From Cyanidioschyzon merolae (Eukaryota), in NCBI GenBank assembly GCA_000091205.1, contig AP006484.2: a stretch of DNA of 64,000 bases; one strand, 5' to 3'. This document shows, one piece after another, positions 41,349 through 52,266 of the stretch (positions are counted from its first letter, which is position 1; every line of letters begins with the position of its first letter). The notes beneath the pieces were generated by a model. That model saw only the letters and a list, made by a program, of their open reading frames with translations. It did not search any database and had not been told where the DNA came from. The position numbers were made by a program, and so were the translations under genes.

Positions 41349-42140
41349 ATGGGTCTCCTGAGCGTTATTCGCAAGCAGAAACGCCGTGATCGAGAAGTCC
41401 GCGTTCTCGTGCTCGGTCTCGATAACGCTGGTAAGACCACCATAGTGCGAAGGCTGCTTGGAGACGACGAAGCTGCCGTGAGACGAACAGCGCCCACTGA
41501 AGGTTTTTGTATTCGAACACTCGTACTGAAAGGCGGGTATCGTTTCCACTTTTGGGATATCGGTGGTCACCGGGCGCTCCGATCCTACTGGCGAAACTAT
41601 TTTGAGCGGACGGATGCGATTATCTGGGTAGTCGACGCAACGACGCCGCATCGAATTAAGGGAGAAGCTGCTCAGGAGCTAGCCGCCCTGCTGTCGGAGC
41701 CGAGTCTGTACCAGGTGCCTCTCTTAATCATCGCAAATAAGATGGACTTGCTAGCCGCGGAACCTGTCTCATCGGTGCGCAAAGCGCTTGGCATCGATGC
41801 CTTCTGCGTTGCAGGAGCAGCAGCAACAATAGCAACAGCAACAATAGCAACTCCGACGAGCCGAAGAACCCCGTTAGAGGCGAATCAGCAGACCGCCTCT
41901 GACACGATGGCTTCGACATGGGCACAGGCTTGGCCTGCTGATGAACTCAGTCAACTGGATGGACGACGACCCATCCATGTCATGCCATGTAGTGCCTACA
42001 CTGGCGAGGGACTGTCGAATGCCCTGGATTGGCTTGCTCAGCAGGCTATCCAGCGCCTGTATCGTTTCGATACCAGAGGCGATTTACGATCATCACCGTC
42101 ATGTGTTCTTTCCGAGCAGCAGCATTCGGTGGCGCTCTAA
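41349..42140 (+). CDS. ARL2: ADP-ribosylation factor-like GTPase Arl2 with a low-complexity insert. Switch II has His in place of the catalytic Gln.
   Basis: MGLLSVIRKQKRRDREVRVLVLGLDNAGKTTI...FWDIGGH...LRSYWRNYFERTDAIIWVVD...IANKMDL...CSAYTGEGL matches Arl2 along the full length. DIGGH is read where DxGGQ is expected. Confidence 0.85.
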   Translation: MGLLSVIRKQKRRDREVRVLVLGLDNAGKTTIVRRLLGDDEAAVRRTAPTEGFCIRTLVLKGGYRFHFWDIGGHRALRSYWRNYFERTDAIIWVVDATTPHRIKGEAAQELAALLSEPSLYQVPLLIIANKMDLLAAEPVSSVRKALGIDAFCVAGAAATIATATIATPTSRRTPLEANQQTASDTMASTWAQAWPADELSQLDGRRPIHVMPCSAYTGEGLSNALDWLAQQAIQRLYRFDTRGDLRSSPSCVLSEQQHSVAL

Positions 42141-43445
42141 GAAAGACGCGCATAGCGACAGCGCTGGAATCTGCACGTGCAGATCCTGACGATTACCTCC
42201 GAGGTATGCTGTAGTAGAGTTTGCAGTTGTACTTCGTAATTCGACCCACATTATCCCCAAAGCTCGGAAACTTGCACTGTAGATCGCAAATGCGTTGCAT
42301 GTGAGCGTGAGCAGTAGGATGCAAACCAGAAAGTTTCAGGTGCAACTCGACGGTAACCAGAGGACCTGGTCAGTTGCCTGAATCTACCGTCTCGCAGCAT
42401 GCCTTGTCCAGGGAAGACTAAGTGTTTCGATGGGAGCTGCATCGGAAAGCAACCTTGGCGCCCTTGTTGCGCAGTAAACATGTATCAGAGACTGCTGTCG
42501 AGGGTAGCGCGGAGAGGGCACCCGCTTCGCGTGGCCGTGTCCGAGACCTGCGTTGGTTTAGAATGGATGAATGAACTGCCCGTCCTACTCCTGCCTTTCA
42601 GTTGTGTTTCAAATGTTTTACAGGCTTCCAGAGTCAGTATTCGAGGTGCAGGAATAAAGGCTGAAGGACTCAGATGCAGGTTTGGGACTCTCGAGCGTAG
42701 TTTTGGGGTAGTTCCTTCAACGCTTTCATGCTAGTTTTCGTTACATCTTTGGAATTAAGATAACTCTCGCCGCGCTCGTCCAAGGTCTCGTGGAGTAACC
42801 GGAATCATTACAGAAACGATACGTATAAGCCTCCATTCGTTTCCTTTCCTCACGTTCACCTCGCTCAAACCACGGATTCTTCAGGTTTCCGATGTTTGTT
42901 TTTCAAGGCACCTCCTGGAAGCAGAAATTCGCGCCACTAGATTGACCACGGACGAGACTCGACCTCGTACCAAGACGACGTGTTCAAATGCAGATGCCGC
43001 AAGATCACTGAGCCTGTCACGCCGAATACTCTATTCCCTTCGAAAGAGAAATCCCGATTTCTTTTGTGGCCAAGGAAGAAACAGCATTCTACAACGGCAT
43101 GATATCTCTCATGGGGTATGCCCCGAGAGGCTCCCGTCGTTTCTTTTGGCATAGATCGCGGTCGTGGATTCGGAATGGGGTCATCATAAATATCGCGCCC
43201 AATGAAATGTAGGTCATCGCTTGGCAAGCAGAGAACATAGATGCGTGAGGATTCCTCGACTTGTTCTGCAACCTGGATTCGCCTTTCAGTACTCTATTAC
43301 TCATGAACAACATCACGTTCCGCCAGTCCTCCATCAAATGGAAAACCATGCGCTTACCTGTGCAGCAGACGCAGTAGTCAACGACGGGATCATCCAAAAG
43401 AAGCTCGTACTCGTAGAGTGCGTCATCTGATGCGGAAACGGAGCT

Positions 43446-43781
43446 GTGCATCAAGCGGAGTATTTTGTACCCAACAAGGACATGGACCATGCCATGGAGC
43501 AATCGTTCGAACACCATAGCGCGGTGCTCGGCGGAGTCGGTTTCACAGGCATGCGACAGCCCCTGAACACTGTCGGAGGTCGCCGCTTCGAAAGGTGCAC
43601 CGACGCTGAGTACAAGCAAGAAGATGAACACGGCAAGCGAGGTGTAGATCGCAACTTCCGTTTGTCCCTGAAGTACGTCAACAATATCCAGAAGCGGCCA
43701 CACCGATACATGAAAGCTACCATCAACAAGCTTCGCATGCTCACAACGGAGCAGGAGGTAATGGAGAGACCGGCGCACTGA
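43446..43781 (+). CDS. Small conserved ORF, family 2 copy 1 (111 aa), hypothetical
   Basis: Paralogue at 47146-47482. The shared block DEHGKR..NRNF...V..IQKR..AIN is conserved, with synonymous third-position changes in the plus frame (gaa/gag, cac/cat, ggc/ggg, aag/aaa, ttc/ttt, cgg/cgc, gct/gcc). Confidence 0.35.
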   Translation: MHQAEYFVPNKDMDHAMEQSFEHHSAVLGGVGFTGMRQPLNTVGGRRFERCTDAEYKQEDEHGKRGVDRNFRLSLKYVNNIQKRPHRYMKATINKLRMLTTEQEVMERPAH

Positions 43782-44688
43782 ATACCAGAGATAAACATGA
43801 CATAAAGGAAGCAGCAGCTACAGAGAAAGCCCACAGAGGCTGGTACCGACGATCATCGAAAGCACCCCATTTTTCGAAAATACACTCCAGTTTGTGGCCC
43901 TGTACCATCTCACTCCAGCATGAGCGTTCGACGATGACGCCTACAACACCTGGAATACCCGGATGTGCGGGTATCCTGCCAACCGCAGTCGCGCATGAAA
44001 AACTTGTTCATGGGATAGGGATCTGTGTCTGGTACCAGACTCGACTGAGGCGTGGAGACTCATTTTGATACTTGACGAGTATCGCAAAATGGAATTTGGA
44101 GGCCTTGGTCTCTGAACCGAGCGTACTCGCGTCGACAAAAACCCAAAAGTCTTTTTTTGGAGCGGGAAGGCCGTTTCAACGCAGCACGCTCAACCCGTAC
44201 TGTCTGGCGTCACGTTCGGTCGTGCCAGGCTTCCAGCACGGAACACACAAGCCGCCAAAACTTCTGTTGCGTTCTGTTTTCTGATTATCTGTTCGTGTTT
44301 ATCGCTAGCGGTGCAAGCAGGGTTTTCTCACTGGTTGTGTTTACGTTTTGAGGCTGCTTTTACCTCGCCCTGTACCAAGGAAAGAGTCTTTTCTAGTGGT
44401 GCGGCGCGCTTCCGCCTCACGAGTGCTACGCTGGTCTCGGGGACAACGAAAGCGCAGGCTCCGGTACCTCTGTAAATTGCTCACAAGCCGGTACCGTGCT
44501 CCATCAACGGAGGCTCTAGGCACCGAGTAGTTCCGGGAGTGCCCGAGAAGGCGCCCGGTCTTGCGTGAGCTCTGCTGATCGAAAGGCAACGCTCTCGACT
44601 CCCTTTGGCAGGTTGACAGCGGTATCAAACCAGAGCAATCGGTATTCAGAGGCTCTGTCCAAGTTCTAAGCTTCGCCCTGCAAACAAG

Positions 44689-46017
44689 ATGGCAGAGCGC
44701 AGCGTGCAAGAAGCGCTCGAAGACATCTTCGGTTCCGACGAAGAAAACGAGCAAGTTACCGCACCGTCGGGGACTGTCGATGAGCAGACCACCACCTTGG
44801 ATGTTGCAGCGAGCAGGGGTCTGCATGATCACCTTAGCAAGCAGCCTAGCGATACGCACGAGCCGAGCGTACCCCAGGTTGACGCTTCTGGGGATACTGC
44901 ATCCCGTACCGATGACTTCATCGACGTCTCTGCTGCCGATCCGGAGCTGCTCCGTGAGGACCCCGATGACGTGATTCGAACCGAGGGTGGATGGTCATCC
45001 CGCTCTGCAAGTGAGGACGAGGATCAGTTGAGCGATGAGGGTGCTCGCCATCCATTGACCGCATTCGATCGCACCATGCGGCAGATCCAGTCTCGTAGGC
45101 AAAGAAAGCAAATCACCAACCGGGAAAGTGAAAGGGATGCAGAACGAATCCTGGAAAAGATGCGCTCTGCTTACGATGCGGATCTCATTATGGCGAGGTT
45201 GGGCCGCCCAGCGCTCGCAAAACTTCGCCTTTTGCCGGAAGTGGATACTGAGCTGCGGCGGAAAGAGATCCGAACAACACTCATCCGCCGCGGGCTCTTT
45301 GAGGTGCTTCGACGCTGGTTGGATCCGTTGCCAAACGGGGCGCTACCCTCGATTGACGTCCGCTCAACATTGATGGATATTCTGCTTACGTTTCAGACGA
45401 GAGTGAGCGATTCAGAGGATGAACTCGAGGAAGAAGAGACCGCAACCGAGTTGCAACGCTCTTCGGCACGACGTGCAGGAACCAGAGCGTGGGAGCGCGC
45501 GCTCCTGAACTCCGGCCTTGGGCGTTGTATTCACTACTACAAGCTATATGATCCAGACCCCGCTTGTCAGCTCAAAGCAGAGCGTCTGGTGATGCGCTGG
45601 GCAGCTGCAGTGCTGCACTCCGATACAAACTATCGCAACGCCTTGCATAAGCGTTACGAAATGGTGCCGGCTCGGAGCGGCTCGCAAGCGCAACGTCGAG
45701 AAACACCGAACAGAACCTCTGGTGCAACTGACTTGCCGGCAAAGCACGAAACTGCGAGCAACGCTCCAGGTTTACCGGCCACCGCGACGCCGGATCATTT
45801 CACAAACCCGATGAAGTCAAGCGCACCTGCGGTGTTAGCCGCGGCGCTTCCCGAACGTCCATCAGGCGACTGGAAGCGGATCCCACAGGTTGGAGAGTTA
45901 CCTGCTGTTCCCCGGATGCGCTCCGTTCGAGAGAAACAAATGAGCAAACACTTGAAACGGATTCGCGATACGGTTCAGATGAGCGGATTCGAGCGCGGGG
46001 TCTCGACAACGAGGTAG
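44689..46017 (+). CDS. IWS1: IWS1/Spn1 transcription elongation factor (TFIIS N-terminal-like domain), 442 aa
   Basis: PALAKLRLLPEVDTEL...WLDPLPNGALPSIDVRSTLMDIL...SGLGRCIHYYKLYDPDP...LVMRWAAAVL matches the conserved IWS1 C-terminal domain. The N-terminus is acidic. Confidence 0.75.
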   Translation: MAERSVQEALEDIFGSDEENEQVTAPSGTVDEQTTTLDVAASRGLHDHLSKQPSDTHEPSVPQVDASGDTASRTDDFIDVSAADPELLREDPDDVIRTEGGWSSRSASEDEDQLSDEGARHPLTAFDRTMRQIQSRRQRKQITNRESERDAERILEKMRSAYDADLIMARLGRPALAKLRLLPEVDTELRRKEIRTTLIRRGLFEVLRRWLDPLPNGALPSIDVRSTLMDILLTFQTRVSDSEDELEEEETATELQRSSARRAGTRAWERALLNSGLGRCIHYYKLYDPDPACQLKAERLVMRWAAAVLHSDTNYRNALHKRYEMVPARSGSQAQRRETPNRTSGATDLPAKHETASNAPGLPATATPDHFTNPMKSSAPAVLAAALPERPSGDWKRIPQVGELPAVPRMRSVREKQMSKHLKRIRDTVQMSGFERGVSTTR

Positions 46018-47145
46018 CATTCGGAACACGCTGCTCTAAACGGTCTCTATGTGTTGGCCATCTGCAAGAATGTGCATGAAAGTGCCTCAGTCTCCTGACA
46101 CGCTTCTAGAGATGCCAGGTGAAGGTAGCGCACGCTGTTTCTGTAGGAGAAACGACAAGGCGCTGCATTGCATTCGCTGGACCTCGTGGAATACCTGCAG
46201 CCTGGAAGCCTGGGGCGAGGCTCCCCGAGCATGCGGCTTCGTATGCTGCGGGCAACGTCTCAGAGGACCTGATTCGTTCCTCTATATCAGTTTGAGATGA
46301 AAATGGACCGATGACCTGCTCGCGCTGTCCCGACTATTTGAGTTTTTTCCTGACCTTTTTCTGTAGATGCAGCGTTGGCATTCACAGTGTGGCGATAACG
46401 ATTTATGGATATATAGGCAGGTTTTGGATCCACAGTCTTCATTACCGAGCGGGTTCTTCGACGCCATGCTACTGGAATTCGTCTCTTCATTAAAATCAAG
46501 AATATCCTGCACACCCTCGGATAAGCGTGTCTAAAATAACTGGAACCATCGCTCGGTTCGTACCTATATGTCTTCACGTTTCTTCATTCTTTACCTTACG
46601 CAAGCGCAAAGCAGGTGTTCTTCAACTGTGCTAGCTTTGTATTTCTATGCAACATACGGGTGCAGCAATTCGTTCCGTTGGATTGACGAAGAAAAAGGCT
46701 CGAGGCCAACGCTTTCCGACCTGTTCACAAGTTCGTGTCGAAAGCTCTCAGAGGATTTCACGATACGAAGTTATAGATTCCGTTCGAGACAACAATCCCT
46801 CTCTGTTTCCAGTCCTTGACGGATCTGTACTGAACAGCAGCAGCAGCAGCTCCATATCTGACACGCAAAATGCTTCCAGCAGCTGCCGTCCCTTCGGTGT
46901 TCATGAAAAATCGCTGCAGACACTAGTCATTGGCACGATCGTTTCCAGTGGATTGCATGGCAGAGCTTTCTGTAAAGTGGGCGTGGATGGATCGAATTTT
47001 CTCGACTTGCTCTCCATCTTGGGTTTTTTTCGAGAGCCTGTTTCAAGCCGGATCAATACCGCGTTCCATAAACCCTCTATAGAATAGAACAGCATGCGTT
47101 TAGGCGTGCAGCGGATAGCATTCTTGCCGGGATATCGCCCAGGAG

Positions 47146-47482
47146 ATGCCCGTGATCCTACTGGACAAAACCAGACCGGTAAAGGGAAGCTTGCATCGTG
47201 CGAAGCCTTCTGTACCCGTCAAGGGTATGCATCAAGCGATGAGGCAAGCGTTCACTTGCCACAGAGCCGATTGTGGACGTAGACATACGGGAACACCTGA
47301 TCATATTCAAACGCGATCACTGCGACGAGTCCACCGAGGCAGGACACAAAACTGATGAGCATGGGAAACGAAAGGAGAATCGCAACTTTTGCTCGAGCAT
47401 GACCAGCGTGAAAAGCATCCAGAAGCGCAGCAATTGGGACTTTAAATTTGCCATCAACATCGTTCTGCTGCTGACAATGTAG
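47146..47482 (+). pseudogene. Family 2 copy 2. Frameshifted relative to copy 1, with about 36 nt missing. Possible pseudogene.
   Basis: MHQAMRQAFTCH, from the ORF starting 47146, aligns to copy-1 MHQA..MEQSFEHH. The conserved DEHGKRKENRNF...IQKR...AIN block lies in a different frame, in the ORF from 47273. Confidence 0.25.
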
Positions 47483-47981
47483 CTGGAGTGGCAAAAGAAA
47501 CGGAAGTATTGAAAATTGGAAATGACATAGGAGAAAAGGAAGCTGTCGCGGAAAAACCCCGCAAAGGCTGATTTCGATGACACTCGGAAGACACCACAAT
47601 TTGGGTGCATACGCCCGAGTTGACCTGTAGGACCCGCACCTTTCTCGCGTGGCATGGATGCAACCTGCATCAAAATGAGCAACGTGAAATTCGCCCTCGG
47701 AACGTGGGTGGATGCCCACATGCACCTGTTCCGCGCGCTGTGGAATGCTGGACGAAGGCAGCATCGGCAATGCAGTATCGTTTCGTAGCTGCGCCTCGAA
47801 ACCGTACAATCTATTCCATGGATGCAGAATGCTTTATGTCCGAGTGTTCTGAGAATCAGTTCCAGCGTCGGGGCTCTTCCAACAGATACCATCCCCGCTG
47901 CAGAGCGGCTCCAGCTGCTGTATGGGCGCACGTTGCGGGCTGCAGCCGGCATGTCGCTCTTGAACCCCGTCGCGGATATGC

Positions 47982-50129
47982 TCACTGGGGTACAGACACC
48001 AAGTCGGGCGGTTTGACAGGCAAATCGCCAGCTGCTGGCTCCGATTCGCCCTCCGGACGCCAGTCATGCTTCGTATAGACCTCCTCAAGGAGCGTTCTGC
48101 AGGGAATATTTGCCTGCAGTCGCATACAAGTCAAGAACGCTCCGCTCAAACGACGATGGAGGGAATAGGCCTCACGCGGAGGCGGACACAATCGATGCTG
48201 CAACATAACCTGCCCGAAACGTGCCGCCCGCACTGCAATATTACTAGAGGCAAATTCGTAACTCTTGGCAAAGGCAGCAGAGAAGGGCTCTCCAACCACG
48301 AATGCGGCCTCACAATGGGCGTCCAGCATAAGCCTGGACTCTTCTCCGGTGAGAAATCCAAGCTGCTGAGACCACTCAAGGATGCCGGCGCGGTCACGAT
48401 TCGCACAGGCCATCACGAGGTGCAAGTACGCGTCGACGAACGCTTTCGGATAGGAACGCGCTGCACCAAAGTCCAAAAGGTGAAGCGTATCTGATTCGAT
48501 TTCGTAGAGGAAATTGCTGAAATTGGGATCCGTTTGCATGAATCTTTTCTCAAATAGCTCATGCAAAGTAAGGCGAAGCATGCGCACCGCTAGTTTGTTT
48601 CTCTGTGCCGCAGGCACGCCGAGGCTAACGAGTCGATCAAGCGGCTCGCCGTCTACCCATTCAGTGGTAAGGACGTTCCTTGTCGAGAGCGACGCAAGTA
48701 CTCTCGGTATGTGCACGTGGCCCTGGTCGAATCCCTGAAAGAGCGCAGCAAAGCGTACTTGATTAGCTGCTTCAAGCTCATAGTCGCATTCGCAGAGCAA
48801 CTCCTCACGCGCTACGCGAATAGCCTCGTCGAGGTAGAGACCTCTGGGGATCAAATTCGTGTAAGTAAGAAGACGCTTCAGATTCTTCAGGTCCGACTCT
48901 ATTGAAGCTGCAACTCCGGGGTACTGGACTTTGACGGCAATGGGTCGCTCATGATTCTGCTCTCTAACGGAAGCACGATGTACCTGGCCGATGCTTGCCG
49001 CTGCAACCGGTTCAAAATTGAAGGAGTGAACGCGCTGTTGCCAGTCGGGTCCCCATTCTTGCCGCAAAACTCGCTCCAGCTGACGTCGCGGCATGAAATC
49101 TGCACCCTGACGGGCCCGTTCCAGTGCTTGCAACAGAATTGGAGGCACGGTTCGCTCATCCTGCATGGAGAGCATCTGTCCCAGTTTGAGGGCGGCGCCC
49201 CGCATACGGCAGAGTGTTCGAGCTATGCGGTCGGCATTCTCCGGAGACAGGTATCGCTCCAGTCCAGAGCGTTCTTTGGTAGGAGCTGCACTCAGCAGGG
49301 AGCTCTTGGCTGCGTTCCACACAATGCCGAGCGCTAAGTTTCCGAACCCGAACATCCGTTCCACAGTCGTTGCTGGGACGCGACGCGCTTCTCCAACCGA
49401 GCGTCTCGGGGCCGAATTTCTCACGTCGCGCTCGGTGAATGCATTTGTTGTTTGCTCCTCCTCCTGGCCGACACGATGATGCACAGTCTGTACAGCAGGG
49501 TCTGGTGTGGTATCGTAGGAGCTGCCTCTGCGTGATCGCAGCTCGGGTCCAACATCATTCTCACTTATCGTCGATGCATTTGCTTCTCTCGCCAGTGGTG
49601 GCGGGCGACTGCTATGCTCCAAGTTGGCAGGTGCCGCGTTTTCGTTGCTAGGAGTCACCGCATCCCCTGTGTTGTAAGGTCTCCCAGTGACCAGGGTTCC
49701 TGGCAATGCACTCGATTCTCGTCCCGTTGCTGCCACGTTCGCGTACTGTGCAGGCTGCTGCAAGTTTCGAACGACTTCCGAAGCAGCTGCATCCGCTTCC
49801 CTCGCCGTGACAGCGGCCTCCTGTAGTGTACTTGTGCGCTGCGTTCGTGCTCCAGCAGTTGCAAGCGAACCTTTTGGTTGCTGTATTGCTTGCTTCCCCG
49901 AAACAGCAAGTACGACCTCAGTTGACCAGTCTCTTACTCGGCGAGCGAGCCCATGCTGCATCAGAGCTAAGCTTCCTCCTACAGGTGCTGCATTCGAGAC
50001 AGCAACTCCGACTTGCGGTATGCTTTCCGCTCGGAACGCCAACCAGACCGAGCGCACACCTTGAGCGATTATCGCCCAATCGGCTAAACGAAAAAGCGTG
50101 CTTTGATCCGGAGCCACGGGTACCTTCAT
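47982..50129 (-). CDS. COQ8: ABC1/ADCK atypical kinase, COQ8/ADCK3-like (ubiquinone biosynthesis), 715 aa
   Basis: KLGQMLSMQDERTVPPILLQALERAR...AAASIGQVHRASV...IAVKVQYPGVAASIESDLKNL...ECDYELEA...VLTTEWVDGEPLD. Confidence 0.85.
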   Translation of the reverse strand: MKVPVAPDQSTLFRLADWAIIAQGVRSVWLAFRAESIPQVGVAVSNAAPVGGSLALMQHGLARRVRDWSTEVVLAVSGKQAIQQPKGSLATAGARTQRTSTLQEAAVTAREADAAASEVVRNLQQPAQYANVAATGRESSALPGTLVTGRPYNTGDAVTPSNENAAPANLEHSSRPPPLAREANASTISENDVGPELRSRRGSSYDTTPDPAVQTVHHRVGQEEEQTTNAFTERDVRNSAPRRSVGEARRVPATTVERMFGFGNLALGIVWNAAKSSLLSAAPTKERSGLERYLSPENADRIARTLCRMRGAALKLGQMLSMQDERTVPPILLQALERARQGADFMPRRQLERVLRQEWGPDWQQRVHSFNFEPVAAASIGQVHRASVREQNHERPIAVKVQYPGVAASIESDLKNLKRLLTYTNLIPRGLYLDEAIRVAREELLCECDYELEAANQVRFAALFQGFDQGHVHIPRVLASLSTRNVLTTEWVDGEPLDRLVSLGVPAAQRNKLAVRMLRLTLHELFEKRFMQTDPNFSNFLYEIESDTLHLLDFGAARSYPKAFVDAYLHLVMACANRDRAGILEWSQQLGFLTGEESRLMLDAHCEAAFVVGEPFSAAFAKSYEFASSNIAVRAARFGQVMLQHRLCPPPREAYSLHRRLSGAFLTCMRLQANIPCRTLLEEVYTKHDWRPEGESEPAAGDLPVKPPDLVSVPQ

Positions 50130-50544
50130 AAAGCGCTAGCGTCTTCGTCAACGATCCTCATACAGCTGTTGAGATAAGGTGTCTCTGCAGCAACAATCAA
50201 TGAAAACGTGTGTCGTTATACTAAGCGATTCCGTTCACGACCAGGTGAATCGATGAGGCCTAGGGCGGCGTTTCTGCGACACGATCAGAAATCCCGCAAC
50301 AGCAACTGCTAAAGTGCGTTCGTATCGTTCGGGGTACTTTCGTGTAAACGCATCTTTTACACGGAAACGTATCGGGATTTTCGTTCCAAGGTACTAAATG
50401 AATGGTCTACAGCATAGATAAAAACCTAAAAATGGAAAGTCGATCAAGCACCGAAGGAAATCTGCAAGGCGATCGCTCCTAAATGCCTGTACCGGTCTAG
50501 TGGATACACCAGCTGCACCCTTGCAAACATCCCGCAGATGCTCG

Positions 50545-52266
50545 CTAGTCCGTGGGGTTGGCGTCTTCGGTAGCGTCGGCTGCTCCTGTGGCGGTGCCGC
50601 TGCCCTCTCGCTTACGAACAGCGCTCAGAATGTCGTCAATACGCAGAAGCATGCACGCAGACTCCACTGCGGTCTTAAGTGCTTGCGCTTTCACAGCGTA
50701 GGCGTCCACAATACCCGCTTCAATCATGTCGATGAGCTCGCCACTTGTACCGTCTACGCCAATGTTCGAGTGGCCGGCTTCTGCGTGCTCTGCGCGAAGC
50801 CGCGTAAGGAGCCGGACCACAGAGGTGCCGCAGTTCTCGGCAAGCGTTCGAGGGATCACCTCAAGTGCCTCAGCTGCCTGTCGATAAGGCCACTGCGCAG
50901 CGCCTTCGACGAGCGCAGAGCGCTGCAGCAGAGCCCGGCTGAGCGCCATCTCGGTGGCACCACCACCGGCAACGACGCGACGGTCACCATAGAGGCTGCG
51001 TAGGACGCACAGTGCATCGTGCAGGTTGCGCTCGAGCTCATTCAGCGTGTCTTTACTGCCGCCCCGCAGCAGAACGGTGCACGCGCCTGGTGCTGTGCAC
51101 TGCTCAATGAAACTGTAGTACTCCTCGCCGAGGCGTCGAACCTCGAAGAGGCCCGCTCCCGTCCCGATATCCTGTTGGCTGGCCTCCTCGATACGCGACA
51201 CGATACGCGCACCGGTTGCTCGCACGAGCCGCTCGTTGTCGGTCTTTCGCACACGTCTGAGGGCGCTAATGCCCGCCCGCATCAGCAGGTAAGCGGCCAA
51301 GTCGCTGATACCCTTCTCGGTGATAACCAAGTCGGGGCGCAGTGCCGCGATGCGCTCGCACTGCTGGCGTACAACGGCCTCCTCGGACTGCAGGAGCGCC
51401 TCCCAGTCGGCCTCGCGTGTCACCTCAACGGTGAGCTGGGACTCGCCCTTGCGGTACTCCAGCGGGCAGTCCAGGAGAAGCAGGCGCGGATTCTCAATGC
51501 GTCGCCGCATCTGCGGATGCACAATGTCCTTGTTGAGGACGACACCGCGGATGACCGCGGAATCATCGAGGTCGCCACCGGGGATCTTCTCGACTCGGAC
51601 CAGGTTCTTGATATCGAGCGGACGCTGGGTGCCGGCTCCTGCGGTGGTAGCAGGCGCGCTGCTTTCTGCAATGAGCTTCACCGCTGCGAGTGACCAGGCG
51701 GCAACGCGCTCACGGTAGACAGCAGCCACCTTGGTGCCGAGGCAGGCACGCAAGACGCGCTGCAGCTGCACCTCATCGTTCCAGTCCACTGCAATTGCAC
51801 ACCGCTGCTCCAGCTCTGAGAGCGCATCCTGGAGCGCCCGCATGTACGCTCCAACGATGACACTAGGATGGACGCCCGCCTCTAGGCACGGCTCCGCGGC
51901 CTGGAGAAGCGCCCCCGCCAGCACAATGACGCTGGTCGTTCCGTCACCGACTTCCTCGTCCTGAGTGCGCGACAGCTCCAGCATCGCCTTGGCCGCCGGG
52001 TGCCCCACATCGATCTCTCGCAGGATCGCGTTCCCGTCTGAAGTGATGACCACACCTCCGATAGCGTCGAGGATGAGCTTGAGCATCGCTCGCGGCCCCA
52101 GCGTCGTCCGCACCACGTCCGCTACCGCTTTAGCCGCTGCAATGTTCGCAAGCTGGGTGTCGCGACCCCGCTTGTGCTGCGACTTGGTGTTCACAACATA
52201 CACTGGTGTTGCGTTTTTCAGCATGAGAAGTGTCGCAATCCTTGCAGCCTCCGCTTCGAAGGGCAC
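50545..52266 (-). CDS. CCT3: T-complex protein 1 subunit gamma (CCT3), 573 aa
   Basis: NIAAAKAVADVVRTTLGPRAMLK...GNAILREIDVGHPAAKAMLELSRTQDEEVGDGTTSVIVLAG...ITEKGISDLAAYLLMRAGISALRRVRKTDNERLVRATGARIV...VVAGGGATEM...LEVIPRTLAENCG. Full-length match to the CCT gamma pattern. Confidence 0.9.
   Translation of the reverse strand: MPFEAEAARIATLLMLKNATPVYVVNTKSQHKRGRDTQLANIAAAKAVADVVRTTLGPRAMLKLILDAIGGVVITSDGNAILREIDVGHPAAKAMLELSRTQDEEVGDGTTSVIVLAGALLQAAEPCLEAGVHPSVIVGAYMRALQDALSELEQRCAIAVDWNDEVQLQRVLRACLGTKVAAVYRERVAAWSLAAVKLIAESSAPATTAGAGTQRPLDIKNLVRVEKIPGGDLDDSAVIRGVVLNKDIVHPQMRRRIENPRLLLLDCPLEYRKGESQLTVEVTREADWEALLQSEEAVVRQQCERIAALRPDLVITEKGISDLAAYLLMRAGISALRRVRKTDNERLVRATGARIVSRIEEASQQDIGTGAGLFEVRRLGEEYYSFIEQCTAPGACTVLLRGGSKDTLNELERNLHDALCVLRSLYGDRRVVAGGGATEMALSRALLQRSALVEGAAQWPYRQAAEALEVIPRTLAENCGTSVVRLLTRLRAEHAEAGHSNIGVDGTSGELIDMIEAGIVDAYAVKAQALKTAVESACMLLRIDDILSAVRKREGSGTATGAADATEDANPTD

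Noticed and set aside
43089-43778. 229-aa minus-strand ORF with a hydrophobic stretch, overlapping family-2 copy 1
   Set aside because: Conservation with the paralogue is far stronger in the plus frame, where the differences are third-position synonymous changes. GC-rich DNA readily yields long antisense ORFs.
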